Below, piece by piece: positions 50,235-63,880 of a stretch of 64,000 nt of DNA (position 1 is the first letter of the stretch; every line of letters starts with the position of its first letter). The translations under genes were made by a program, and so were the position numbers. This DNA is from Octopus sinensis (taxonomy: Eukaryota): contig NC_042997.1 of the NCBI RefSeq assembly GCF_006345805.1, positions 59,644,001 through 59,708,000 on the forward strand. Reading direction: 5' to 3'. The notes below the pieces were generated by a model. The model searched no databases. It saw only the letters and a program-made list of their open reading frames with translations, and was not told the origin of the DNA.

Positions 50235-50808
50235 GGAATTTAGAATATTCAAAAATATAAAGCTTAGAGAAAGTCGTCGCTTAACTCAGTATATTCCTAA
50301 CTTATTTCCTAACCCCGTTCCTCTATTTGGCATTCCTACACAAGTGTCTCTGCCGATTTTTTTTATATTCATAACTTTCAGCAAAATGGGTATTTTCTAT
50401 GAAATTTTTCTACAAATACCGAGTGTATCGGAAGTTAATGTGAAAAAAAGAAAGACAAAACTAGTTGACGTGCGCATACTGTGAAAACATTGATATGTGT
50501 ATACGAATGAGTATACACCCAGCTATTTTAAGTGTGAGGGGGGGGGGTGTTTCCACAACAAGTTCCTCTATAATCGGAATCTCCACCATCTGAAAGATTT
50601 TTGTAGAAAATTTCACTAAGAAAATATTCATTTTCCCGAAAGCTATAAGGAAGTAAAATCGGTGGGGCACACATGTGTAGTTAAGCTCAGTGTTTTACGG
50701 AACGCTTCCTCTCAGCTATTCCAATTTTAGGAATTGCTTCGTTATTGGTCTTGAAGTCAACTGATCCAAGCCAGCTGATTGTTCGGCAATTTCCGTAAAG
50801 AATTTTTA

Positions 50809-51254
50809 TTTATTTACTTACGTTTTCATGTCCTGTTGAAGCCGACATTTGCTTTGAAGTCGGTGAGGGAGGTGATAAATGAAACGCGCGAGCATTTGCT
50901 CGCGCGCGCACACCCGTGCCCATTGACTTTCATGTCGATGTATTGAATAGTGAAACACTCGCACAACGTATGTATGTATGTACGTACATACATACATATA
51001 TACATACCTACAGTTTTGTTAACAAAACTGTCCGATGAACGGGAACGTGAAACTCCGAGTAACAGGTTTTGTTGAATTTCTGCTGCTTTTAAATAAAGCA
51101 TATTACTCTACTCCTGGTATTTGAGTACTCTTTTTTCCACCTTGTTTCACATTTATATATATATATATCTATATATGTACGTACGCATATATGAAAGATA
51201 ATGAGGGGTGTTGCTTGTATATGTCTGCAAGCGTGTTCAGCTTTATGTATTTGT

Positions 51255-51293
<39 letters not shown>

Positions 51294-51915
51294 CAATTAT
51301 TAGACACATCAATAGTTGCTTCTAAAATCAGCTCACCCTGATCCCTCTTATTGCCTTTCTTTACCGTGTGGAATGATCCCCTGTAAAGACATCGGAACCT
51401 AAGTTTGAATCTTTTGAGCACTACTAAGTGTCTTCTATACAGAGAATATCTGGATCTCATCTGTGTATTATATACACACACACACAAAAAGATGCATGTA
51501 TATGTGTATATGTATGTGCGTGTATAGGAAAGAAAGGGTGTATTTGTGTTTGTCTGAGTACTAAATACAAAAAGCTGAACACGCGCTCGTGCACGCACAC
51601 ACACACACCCATTATCTTTCATATGCATGTACATACTTAAATACACACATACATTGTGCAAGTGTGGTATCGGGTTTTCGTATGTATGTGTCTGTGTAGG
51701 AATACAAATATATGAAACTGAGCACACTCGCGCGCACACACTTACACCCTGTCTTTCATATACACGAACATAGATAAAAACTAAGATACATACATATATA
51801 ATGTGTGTGTGACTATGTGCGCATGTTTGCTAGCATGTGTTTCACTTTTCACCTCCCTCACCGACTTCAAAGCAAACGTCGGCTTCAACAGGACATGAAA
51901 ACAAAAGTAAATAAA
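50809..51915. mobile_element. ~1.1-kb foldback-like element
   Basis: Outer arms 50822-50875 / 51849-51902 (53 of 54 identical), middle arms ~50957-50975 / ~51653-51670, inner arms 51189-51252 / 51563-51624. Confidence 0.7.
51021..51073 (+). ncRNA. Minimal type I hammerhead ribozyme fold (Penelope-like-element type, U4C core variant)
   Basis: Stem I aacaaaactgt / acag(g)ttttgtt; core CCGATGA; stem II ACG-GGAA-CGT; GAAA; stem III ACT-CCG-AGT; GUA triplet (predicted cut after 51061). Confidence 0.65.
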
Positions 51916-54900
51916 TATTCACCCGCTCTATGTCCTGAAACATATTCATCTAAATCTTCTCCAACTGGGGTACTCTTGTATATCTTCAATAAAATATTTA
52001 CCACTATCTCTCATCAAAAGCCACCTCCCTCAATACTTTGTCTTGTAAGTTACTTGGTGACCCTGCTGGTGCTAGTGTCAAATGAAAGCAATCAGGACAC
52101 TTTATGAAGGGCTTCCAACTGTAGAAACTACCCCAAAACAGACAATAGAGTTTGGCACAGCCCTCTGGCTTACCAGCATTTGTTAAACCATCTAACCCAT
52201 GCCAGCATAGAGAAAAGACGTTAAATGATGCTGATGAGGACGATATATTAGAAAAGTAGGTCGTCCAATTTTTCATGAGTCGGAAAAGGAAGCTACTCCT
52301 CTATTTGAAAATAGAGTGGTTATATTATTAAGTGTTATGTCATGCCAGCTAATTAATAGTGTTATCTGCGTTTTAAAACAATTTAAAATATTCAAACAAA
52401 ATCTTACAGCTGGTTGTTTACTTCAGAATGGTGAAGAAGGAGGAGTAAAACAAAGAAAATTGTAATTTTTAAAGTTTTTATTTTCTTTTTTACTTTCATC
52501 TATTTATTTTTGTAGAATTATAATCTCCAGAGTGTCTCTGAATTTATGTTCCAAGACAGAAAAATTTCAAAACAATCCTACTCATTTTGTGTTTTGCACA
52601 TGAACTAAAAAAATATGAGTCATGTCTAAAGAAATTTCAAAACTGAACTAGTTTCCCATCTGTGATCATTCCATTTTTTAATCCCAACTCTTAACCAAAC
52701 CATAACTCATAGCTAAAACTTAACTAGCAACACATTTATAGTATACTAAATTTTATTGAATATGTACTGCATGGGTGAGTGTGTGGTAAGAAGTTTGCTT
52801 CTCAACCACATGCTTTTGGGTTCAATCCCACTGCATGGCACCTTGGGCAAGTATCTACTATAGAACAAGGCTGACCAAAACTTTGTGAATGGATTTGGTA
52901 GACAGAAATTGAAATAAGTCCATCATATGCACACATGTATGTGTCTTGATATCACATGGTAGTTGTATATGAGTGTCACTGTAATACAAGCAGTGTCAGT
53001 CATTTCCAATATTCTGCAAGAACTTGTCTGACGATGAGAAAATATTATCTTTCTTAGTAATAGGAATGGGTTGGTGATAGGAAGGACATTGAATTAGAAA
53101 ATCTGCCTCATAAAAGCTGTCTAAATCCTTGCAAGATAGAAAAATTGGATGTTAAAATGATGTACTGCAAAATGAATCAGATTTTCAGCAGCCATTTGTT
53201 TTTTGGAAAATTTGTTTCAGGCCATAAAATCTGAGATCCCCAATATTTGGAACAAATTCAAAGAGCATTTAAAATAAGGTTATGAATGTGATCACTTATT
53301 CTGAAATTCTGCTTCATGTTGTTGCATTATTTTATACTCATGAATTTGCATTTCCCCTAATATAAAATTGCTTGATTTCCTGTAAATGATAGTGGTAAAA
53401 TTTAGATAAAATGATTGGTAATACAATTTCATTCTACTATAAGTACAAGACCTGAAATTTTGGTGGAAGGTGGCTAGTTGATTACATTGACATCAATGCT
53501 TAACTGGTACTTGTTTTATTGACCCCAAAAGGATGAAAAGTCAAGTTGACCTTGATGGAACTTGAACTCAGAAGAAATGCCACAAAGCATTTTATCCAGC
53601 ACAGTTATGAGTCTGCTAGTTACCTTTTGATGCTGTAAGGGCTGCAGATTATCAGAGTCATTAGAACACTGACCAAAAAGCCTTGCATCATTTGTTTTGA
53701 CACTATGTTCCGAGTTCAAATTTAGTCATGATCAATTTTCCCTCAAGAGTTAATAAAATAATGTATCAGACAAGTACTGGGGTTGATATAATTTATTGAC
53801 ATTCCCCACCAAATGTTTGGCATTGTGTCATTAACTCAATAATTTAAATTATTTTACTTCATGATGAAGTCTTGATGTGATTGCTCAATCTACTAGAAAT
53901 CACAACCAATTATAATTATACCCACCTACCTAATAGCGAAAAAATTGTAAATTATCTGACACTCATACCTTATCATATTAATAACAATCCTTTCTACACT
54001 AAGCATAAGGCCTAAAATACAGGAATTAGTTGATTGTATCAACCCTGGTACTCATTTCACCAACCTCAAAAGGATGAAAGGCAAAGTTGACTCAGAACGT
54101 AAAGACAAAGTACTCAAGCCTTTTGCCTGGCTTGCTAACAATTCTTATTTCTTTATTGCCCACATGGGGCTAAACATAGAGGGGACAAACAAGGACAGAC
54201 AAAGGGATTAAGTACTTAATTTATCAACCCTGAAATGATGAAAGGCAAAGTCGACCTCGGCTGAATTTGAACTCAGAATGTAACAGACAAAATACTGCTA
54301 AGCATTTTGCCCAGCGTGCTAACGTTTCTGCCAGCTTGCCGCCTTATCACATTAATAAGCATAAACATAATTCTTTAAAAAATAAAAAGAAAAAGAAAAA
54401 AATTTAACAAGCAACCAATAACACGATCAAAAGAAATCAATAATGAAAATAATTCAATGAAAACACAAACATTCACATATTTTATTTTAATATCATTGGA
54501 AGTGACAAAAATGTCGATAGATTTAAAGATAGATACAAAGAAGAAACATTAGTGAGAGTTTGATTTGAGTGAGAAGGGGGGTTCTCGCTTTGAAATCTTA
54601 AAAATAGATCCTAAATATTACTCTTTTAGGAAGGTTACTGTTGTAAAGTTTACAATAGATAGATATATTTTGATGTTTCAGTGCCTCTGGGCATTAACAC
54701 ATTTGCTGTAGTGAATCCAAAAAAGCTTATTTAAATTACACCCATAGTAATGAAATAAAAAGTTCATTCTGGTCAAGAAAGCTATGGAATTTGAGTTAAA
54801 GTGAAGTGTAAATCTGATCTTTAGCAATACAGTGATGACTCTAGAGCTGTTTGAGTTTTATTTGGTTCATGGCATGTTCACTTAAATACTATCTTCATTC

Positions 54901-55439
54901 CAAAACATGTTTCATAAATATTTTAGGCTAATGACTACGAAGTTTTAATGGGAAAGAGAAGTGAAGGGTGGTGATGGGAAGGGCATCCTACAGTAGAAAA
55001 TCTGCCTCAAACTTTCTAACTCATGCAAGCATGGAAAGGGGATGTGAAATGATATTTACAAAGTCTATATTATCGATTAAAGATTTCCAATGGGACAATC
55101 AGCATGCATTTCTGAAGGTGAGAGTGAAAGAGGAATGTATGTAACTTGAATAGAATGAATACAACTTTTTTTCTTTGTTTGAAATGAACTAATTTATAGG
55201 TTTTTTTCACCAATGTGGTTACCTTTTTCCAGCATGCAGATTTGAACGAGATTTATCAGGTTTAAAAGGTTTTGATACAGTCTATTTGGTTTCATTGATT
55301 TATTACTGACTTATTTGACATCAGATGTTTTCATGTTCCTCTTATTCTCTCCCTCTGTTCATGTGTGTCAGCATATTTCTGTGTGTATGAGGAAAGGGTA
55401 AGTGTTCATGTCAATGGTGCTCAAATTGTAATGTCTATC

Positions 55440-55985
55440 ACTCTTTATATCTGCATATTTGAAATGAAGCTAATATGCTCTGCTGGATGTGCAATGTCAG
55501 AGTGCATTTGTAACAGTGTAAGCATCTCGAAAAAATATTTGGGCATAAGAGGCATCAGATGTGGTGTGCAAGAGAGATGCCTGTGCTGGTATGGTCATGT
55601 GATGCATATGGACGAGAACAGTTGTGCAAAGAAGTGCCTGTGTCTAACTGTGAAGGGAACCTGTGGAAGAGGTAGACCCAAGAAGACAGGATGAAGTGGT
55701 GGAGTATAATCTTTGAATGTTGAGTCTAATAGAGGTGATACCAAGTGACTGAGACTTCTGGTGATTTGCTGTGCTTGAGAAGACATCAATCTAAGTGAAA
55801 GTCACACATAAGAGGCTGGTGACAAAAACATACCCAGTACACTGTGGAATGGGTAGCATTAGGCAGGGTATCCAGCCACAGAAACCAAGCCAAATAGACT
55901 AGAATGGCTCTGCAGCTTAACAATTCCAGTCAAACCATCTTACTCATGTCAGCATAAAAAAAAAACAGATGCTAAATGATCATTT
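55440..55985 (+). mobile_element. Decayed RTE 3' end with short 3'UTR and F tail
   Basis: LGIRGIRCGVQERCLCWYGHVMHMDENSCAKKC...GTCGRGRPKK. Confidence 0.75.
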
Positions 55986-57281
55986 TTATTCATGTGTGTG
56001 TGCCTGCAGGGCCAAACCAAGCTGAATGTCAAATCAGCCATGCTAGATCCTAAACATCCAAACAGGATACTGAGCGTTAGCATCTGCACTATCTTTCCAA
56101 CCTGAAGAGAACTTGCCCACCACCAGTCTTGAAGGTCCTTCCTCTTCCATATTAAGCAGGAGAGAAACACACAAACAAATGATGGGGCTTCTTTCAGTTT
56201 CTACCTATCAAATCCACTCACAAGGATTTGGTCAGCCCAGTGCTATAGCACAACACACTTTCCCAAAATTCCACGCAGTAGGACTGAACTGTTAACCACA
56301 TGGTTGTAGAACAAACTTTTAACCATACAACCATGTCTACAATAAATAGACATGGCTGTGTGATAAGAAGCTTGCTTCCCAACTACATGGTTCTGGGTTT
56401 TGTCTCACTGCATGGCACCTCTGGGCAGGGATCTTCTATAGCCTTGTGAGTGGATAGACAGAAACTGAAAGAAGCCCGTCATATATTATATAAGATTTAA
56501 GCCAAGTGGAATCAGTCGTGGCTGTTACCTGTGTCATGTAAATAGCATCAGTGTTGGTGGCATGTAAAAAGCACCTATTACACTCTTGGAATGGTTAGCA
56601 TTAGGAAGGGCATCCAGCCATAGAAACCATGTTAAATCAGACTGGAATCTGGTGCAGTTCTCTGGTTTACTAGTTCTAGTCAAACTGTCTAACCTAAACC
56701 AGCATGGAAAACGGATGTTAAATGATGATGATATATATTTTACACACATATATGGAGATGTGTGTGCGTGTGTCCCCACCACCACTTGACAACTGGTGTG
56801 TTTATGTCACCATAACTTGGTTTGGTAAAAGTGACTGACAGAATAAGTACCAGACTTTAAAAAAAGTCCTAGAGTCAATTTGTTCAGCTAAAACCCTTCA
56901 AGGCAGTGCCCCAGTATGGCCACAGCCAAATGACAAGTAAAAGATATAAAAATACCAAGTATGTAAAGTTAGCAAACATACAGAATTTACATAATACTTC
57001 TACAGTAATTGTTTACATTATTATATTTGGTTATATAATTATACATGCTGAAACCAGCCAGATTCCACACTCTTACAGATATTTGAGAATGTATAAATTT
57101 CTACTTGTGGAAAATAGAGGGGGTGGGGAGAGGAGAAAAAAATGGGCGAGTCCATAAAACTTGTTTATCCAAGCTAGTTTCATAGAATATCAAATTAATT
57201 TCACCAACTAGATCTTGAAAGAAAAATCTTGTTTAATAATAAACAAGGCCATTTTTTTTTAGCAAGGAGGTAGACTTCTTC

Positions 57282-57481
57282 GAATTAAATTTAGTGTTTT
57301 AGTTGAGGCTTATTTTATTGATTCTAGAAGATTGAGAGATAAAATTAATTATGGAAGAATCCGATTATACATGCATGTGCACACACATAGAAACAAGGCT
57401 TAGAATTAAATTTATTGTTCTAGTTGAGGCTTATTTTATTAATTCTAGAAGAGTAAGAGATAAAATTAATTAAAGAAGAAT
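57282..57481 (+). repeat. Local tandem duplication, period 121 bp
   Basis: gaattaaattta...gttgaggcttattttatt...ttctagaaga...gagataaaattaatt at 57282 and 57403. Confidence 0.8.
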
Positions 57482-57490
57482 TTGAACATT

Positions 57491-57523
<33 letters not shown>

Positions 57524-57965
57524 CATACATACATGTGTAAAGATGAAAAGGAACACACGAGTTGATATATATGAAAAAACAAGTCAGGATAGAAAATGCT
57601 AAAATAATTTTATAAAGAACATTTCAGAATCATTGCGTGTGGTGCGGGTTTGTTGTGCATGGTTGTTTAGCAGGTTGTTGGAACAAAAATTTTGTTGGTA
57701 ACTCTTTTGGGTGGGTGGGTGGGTGGGCGGGGGGAGGTTGCAGTGTCTGTCCTGTGGGTATTGATTTATCCTTTCTCTGTTTGAAGCGAGGGTATTCCCG
57801 ATATTGTATCGCTGGTGGCTTACAAAGTTAGGGTTAGGTCCTGTATTCTTTTTTTGATAGAAGTGATGGTTCTGATTTTTAGACAGGTGTGTATCGGTGT
57901 TTGAATGCTGTTTTGATTTTCTTATTTTCTGGAAAAGATTGTTGGAAGCATGCTCTGTTTGGAAT

Positions 57966-57998
<33 letters not shown>

Positions 57999-58334
57999 CA
58001 CATACATGCACACTGGTAGTGCCCCAGCATGTAAAAGAACATATATACATGCTCACCTACTAATAATCACTTGTTAAAACTCAGTGTGCATATGCTTTAG
58101 AGTAAAAGCATTAGATGAGTAAAGTGTGACATCAATTAATGAATGACATGATTATGTAACTCCTATCCTTTTTCATTCATTCAAAATTGGAAAAAAAAGG
58201 TTTTAGAAGTGAAATTTTTATAATTTCTCTTCTTTAATAGTTCTTGGAGCTGCAAATGCTATGCTCTTACAGGAAAGAACCTGCAAGCAAGCATTATATC
58301 AAGTAGTTGTTGCAGGATTTGATGACCAGATCTA

Positions 58335-58772
58335 GTCATCAAATCTAAGTAGAGACTTCAAACTTAAAATCTTCAAAGCCACAGTCGAACCAATTCTACT
58401 ATATGGCTCAGAAACCTGGACGTTATCAAAGAAGCTTGAGAGGCGGTTGGATGGAACCTACACTCGCCTCCTTATGAGAGCTCAAAATCTCTCGTGGAAG
58501 AGTCATCCAACCAAAATGCAAATATATGGGAAACTACCACCCGTGTCATCTCTTGTGAAAGGTAGGAGAATCCAGTTTGCTGGACATTGTTGTAGAGCTG
58601 AAAACGAGGTAATTTCTACTCTTCTCCTCTGGAAGCCATCTGCTCGCGATACCAGAGGGCACACACTCTCCTACCCTGATGTAATCTCCAGGGATACAGG
58701 CATCCAGCAACAGGACCTCCCTAATGCTATGATGGACTGTGAAGTCTGGCGTAGCATGGTAAATTCCATTGC
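58335..58772 (+). mobile_element. RTE/RTEX-like LINE RT C-terminal fragment (different family from 13575)
   Basis: Open frame KLKIFKATVEPILLYGSETWTLSKKLERRLDGTYTRLLMRAQNLSWK...RRIQFAGHCCR. Confidence 0.75.
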
Positions 58773-59767
58773 AGAATTATTACACACAAACTTTCATACA
58801 TGTGAGAAAGACCAAGTCCTGAAGGTATTGTGTGGTTGAACTTTGCCAGGTTTTAAAAGAATTTCTAAAACATATCACAATGGTATTCTACATTCGTTTC
58901 CAAGTTTGAAAGCAAGCAATTTCTTCCCAAGAAAGAAAACAAGAGAAGAATCAACCCCAGTTTTGATACTTTATGCATCTGCCCCAAAAGGATGAAAGGC
59001 AATTAGCTGATTTCAAATCTCACAGAAGTTAGTTGTAGTGCAGAGAGCCTGAATGAATACTGCAGGCATTCTACCTAATGCTCTATTGACTCAATATGCT
59101 CTCTTTACAGACACACACACACACAATCATGGACTCTCATGTTAGATGACATATGAGGATTCTACAATTTCTGGCTGAACAATCACACAGATTTGTTTAT
59201 AGCAATCAAGTGTCTGTGTTCACATAAGCTCATTTCCTCCATCAAATCAATATTACCTGTATAGGTGCTACATGTCAAATGATGAATTGATTGCAGGACA
59301 ACATGAAAGATTTTTGCTCAAGCAAACAATGCCCAGTCTGGAAATTGGAATCACGATATTGCACTCATGAGTAATACCCTAACCACTAAGCCATGTGACA
59401 CACACACACAAACCAATTTAACTTCTCTTGTACCTTGTGGGGCTATCTAAGTACCTCATCACCATTATCACTGAGCTCCTACAATTCATTTGTCTTTCTC
59501 TCCCCTTCCCCTACTGAACCTGCACTGCACCCCAACACACACACACTTCAGTTCACCCCCCCTCATTCACTAGCATGAAGCTGACCCCTACACTCTACTC
59601 CAGGGTTTATAGTTTGTAAGCTGCATGGTGACCTCAGTAGAGCAAGTGGCATGTAAAAAAACAACCAGTCCATGCAGTAAATTAGTTGGCATTAGGAAGA
59701 GCATCCAACTGTAGAAACCATGCTAAAACAGACATGGAGCCCTATGGATCAAAGATGCTAAATGATT

Positions 59768-59805
<38 letters not shown>

Positions 59806-62800
59806 ATTTCTTATAAACTTATACGAAAATGATCAACTTTTTTCTACAAAATGAGAATTTAGATATTATATGGTTGTATTTCTTTTCATTATGTGTGATA
59901 TATGCAAAAATACTTTGAATATAAAAAATTTTAACTATAAAAAAAATTTTAATAAAATAAAAACTGAGTATTTATAAATTAAAATGTCAATTGAATTTGT
60001 AGAAAAATGTTATACTTGAATTTTATTCTGACTTGTTTCTATTTTATTTCAGGTCTTCACAATAAAGTTTACGCTATTTTATTTAAAAAAAATGAAAGGT
60101 GTGAACAATGAGGAAGCGTCCTAGATGAAAGAAGTGCAAAGTATGAATTTTTTTTTTTTTTTTTTTGTTTAAATCCTGCAGCAATTTACATGAAATCATG
60201 TAACATCATAAATCTTCAGTTAATTTTAATATCTTCTTTGTCTAATGAAGAAAATATTTAAAGAATCTTAAAAAGAATCCCACTGGAAACATTTGAAAAA
60301 AGGTGTTCATGATAATTCTTCTGGGGCTGTCAATTCTTTTTTTTCCTCACTTTCAGTTTGAAGTATTGTATTTCTGTTATAAATCTTCAGTTTTTGTTTT
60401 AAGAAAAAAAAAAAAAAAAAAAAAAAAGAAATTATACAAAAATACAATACATAAAAAATATAAAAAGTATATATAAATATACTTCATAAATATGTATACA
60501 AATGAATCTTTAAATTTCATAAAAAACAAAATTCAAATGATTTCATGGCTCAAGATGGATGGGAGGGAATGAAAATTTTAAATTAGAACATTGTGCAGTA
60601 ATATCAAAAACTTAACACATTCTTATATAACTAAAAACTAGTTATAATTTCGAAAAATTACCCGGTGTTTTATCTCTTGTTAAATGTTGTTTTCCAAAGT
60701 AACAAAACCCTCTTTATATATATGTTTATACATATTACCCCATGTTATATATACCCACAAACAGTGGTATTGTTTTTGTTTGGTTCCAGTTGAGAACATA
60801 TCTGTTATGATGTTGGACTGGTGTCAAATTGTTATGTATTACCTCATAACTCACCTTCTGTCTCAAAGAGATTGCCAGTAAAACAAAATTTATTCCTAAC
60901 ATTTATTTCATCAATAGCAGTTTTCCTTCCATAACACAGTTTCCTTTTGGAATTTGCTTTGTTTATACATTTGTTGACTGACACTCATCCTGTAAGAATA
61001 AAACAAGAGGTTAGCAAGAATGACTGTGCAAGACTGTGTGGTTAAGAAATTCACTTTGCAACCATGTGGGTCTTCATTCAAGTCCACTGAGCAGCACCTT
61101 GGGCAAAAGTTTTCCATGATAGCCTTGGTTTAACTGATACCTTGTAAGTGGAATTTGATAGATGATAACTTGTAGAAGCCCACTATTTTATATATGCATG
61201 TATGTGTGTGTGTGTGTGTGTCCTTATATTGGCAATAGATGTAAATATCAATTAACTGATTATTTTTTGAGCAAAGTCTACCCAAGTTACACATTTTCCC
61301 CTTATCACTCATGACAGTAAACAAGTGAATGATGCATTGGGAACCTGTAACCAATGACATTTGTTCATTAATTGGAATTTAAAATACAAATAATATATAA
61401 CAGTCCCATTTCAGTTAGTAGTTGTTTAGCACCAGATCAGTCCTAACTGAGCTGGACTAAGATCAAAAAGCATTCCAGCTGTGACCATCTCATTTTTCAG
61501 ACACAGTATGTCTAGAATTACATTATTTAATGTAGTCTTTTTTTTTTTTTTAAATAAATAGAGCAAGATTTTGCTATTTTTTTTAGTAGGTTGAGCAATT
61601 ACATAAAAACTCAACTTCAATTTAGTCCTTAACATTAGCAGATCATATCTTTCTATATGAAAGTAGAAAAAAAATTTTTTTTGAAAGAAATTCAGTGTTG
61701 TGATACAAAACAGTGATAATCAAATTTCATCGTAATCCTTGAATCAAATCTTTGGCAAAATTGTCACATCTGAACTTCATTGAGCCACAACCAATCTCTC
61801 ATTCTACATCTTGAGTATATTTCAGCTTGTACGAGTCACAAAAATATATAAAACTTAAAGCCATGTCACAATGTGAATCTTGTGGCTATTCACTTCTTAC
61901 ATCAAAATTAAACAGCATTATATATTTGTTCAATAATAATGATCTCTAAGAACAGTATGAACAATAAGTACTTACTTTGATAATTTGTTTATTTTCTCTA
62001 ATTGATAAATCTTTTGATGTGCCATTTTTAAATCATCTTCAAGTTGACTTTTCTCCCTTGCTATTTGCATCAGTTTAGAATTTTTAGTTTCAATTAAATC
62101 TTCCAGATTCTATAAATAAAATCCAGAAGCAAAACTGTTTATGAATCTGGTATCAAAATAATAACTTATATGAAAATTAATTTCACTGGTATGAATTATT
62201 TAAATTGGATTGAGTTTCTTTCTTTTTTTTTTTACAAACAGATAAAGTTACAGATAGCAAAGATAATTTATGTTTATACCAATCAAGGCTGTGATATAAT
62301 TTATATTTATGAAAAATAGTTTACACTGTTTATCTATATAATATCCTGATATTAAAACATAGGACTTCCATTTTATCAAACAGTGTTTAAGTTTCTTGTA
62401 TTAGACCAGACAGTACATCATCTTAATAGCCTGTTAACCATGGCAAGAGAGCTTTGGAAAGTTTAGGAACAGTGAGCTGATATGACATTATCTCTCTAAA
62501 ATTCTTATTCAGAAAATGTCTCAATTCTTTAATGTTTGAAATAACACTCATTTTTTAAAAAATTTGTAATGATAAAATATATTTAAGTGAATGGTATTTT
62601 AACCAAATTTGGATCCATCAGTATTTTGTTGTCAGTATAGAAATGCTTAGAATGGTTGAAAATTTTGTATTTTTTGTCACCCTCCCTGTAATTCTTCCCA
62701 TTATTTCTAATATCAGTATTGTGTAAATATCTATATTCTCAATGCTTCCAAACCCTTTTAGTCTATAATAACTGATTTAAGACCATCCTGTTAAATTACT

Positions 62801-63225
62801 TTGTCTATTATTGTTATCCATAATTTTCCATTAAAATGATTTAAAAATGAAACACATAAGTCATATCTGTAAAAATCCTTAAAGCACTTGATCAAAACCT
62901 ATTTTCTTGAAGTGCACTAAGGACACACTTCATTTTATCACATCTCACCGTCATCAATCTATAAAGGCAAGTTGCCTACTTGTGCTGCATCATGCATCAA
63001 CCTGGTTGTTAAAATTACTAAGTGGTTCAATGCAAGAAATGTTTATTTCTAAAATAAACAACACTTTAATCATTCCGTTTACAATATTTTCAAATTATAA
63101 TGGAATAAATAATTGAAATAAACCTTGTAGTTTTAAATTAATGAATCTTGTTTGTTTTTATTTCTATGCATCAACACATACAACAAGAATATTCATCATG
63201 TTAGCAAAATCAAATATTCCTTTAA

Positions 63226-63428
63226 CTCTTTAGCATTCAACCCAGCCATGTCTGGCCAAAATAACCTATTTTATATTGAAACTGGCTAGATCCAGCTTCT
63301 CACCTCAATCCTACAATGCCATTCTAAAACTAAACAATCATTATTGAAATCTCAAAGCTATAAGATAATGCATGATTAATTCAAAACAATGTAAATAAAT
63401 GAACATATTTGACAGAGTAACCTGAATC
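63226..63428. mobile_element. Family-D MITE, right TIR missing
   Basis: TTAA|CTCTTTAGCATT and internal similarity to 5172-5373. Confidence 0.6.
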
Positions 63429-63479
63429 TATCATGACGTTGATCTCACGTATTACATTTCTAAACTTGCACCTCCAAAA

Positions 63480-63880
63480 CTGTTTTGTCTTCATGGTCAG
63501 GCACTAAGCCAGAACAGCTGCTAAGGCCTTGCATTATAGTATTGCTCCAATATATGGATGATATCACTGCTATATGTACATTGTTGACTATATCCAAAGG
63601 AAGAGTGACTAATCAAATCTTCACTCATCAATACACTGTGACTATTAGTATTAATGAACTATAACTGCCTTTATTCTTTTCTGTCATTAATACTGTACAA
63701 TGGTTCTTGTTTAGAAAGTTGTGTAATCCAGTTCATTTGCTTTTCTTCTGTATTTTTAAGCTCCGAATACTTTGTTCAAACATTTCTCAAACTGCATACC
63801 TCTGGAATTCCTTCCTGACTCAAATTTTTTCAGTTGAGGTCACTCTACAGAAATTTAAACTGAACATCAATTTTCTCAAC
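63480..63880 (+). mobile_element. Decayed CR1/L2-like RT C-terminus
   Basis: YCSNIW, HQYTVTI and LWNSF...LQKFKLNIN motifs in order. Confidence 0.4.

Noticed and set aside
57599-58042. 147-aa minus-strand ORF
   Set aside because: Runs through microsatellites, has no recognisable motif and no splice support; probably a repeat remnant.
60365-60390. Minus-strand CTGAAGA...GAAA hammerhead core
   Set aside because: No pairing for stem II, or for stems I and III.
60148-60428. Poly-T (60148) and poly-A (60404) pairing, or a processed pseudogene tail
   Set aside because: No upstream ORF or TSD; homopolymers are common in this AT-rich region.
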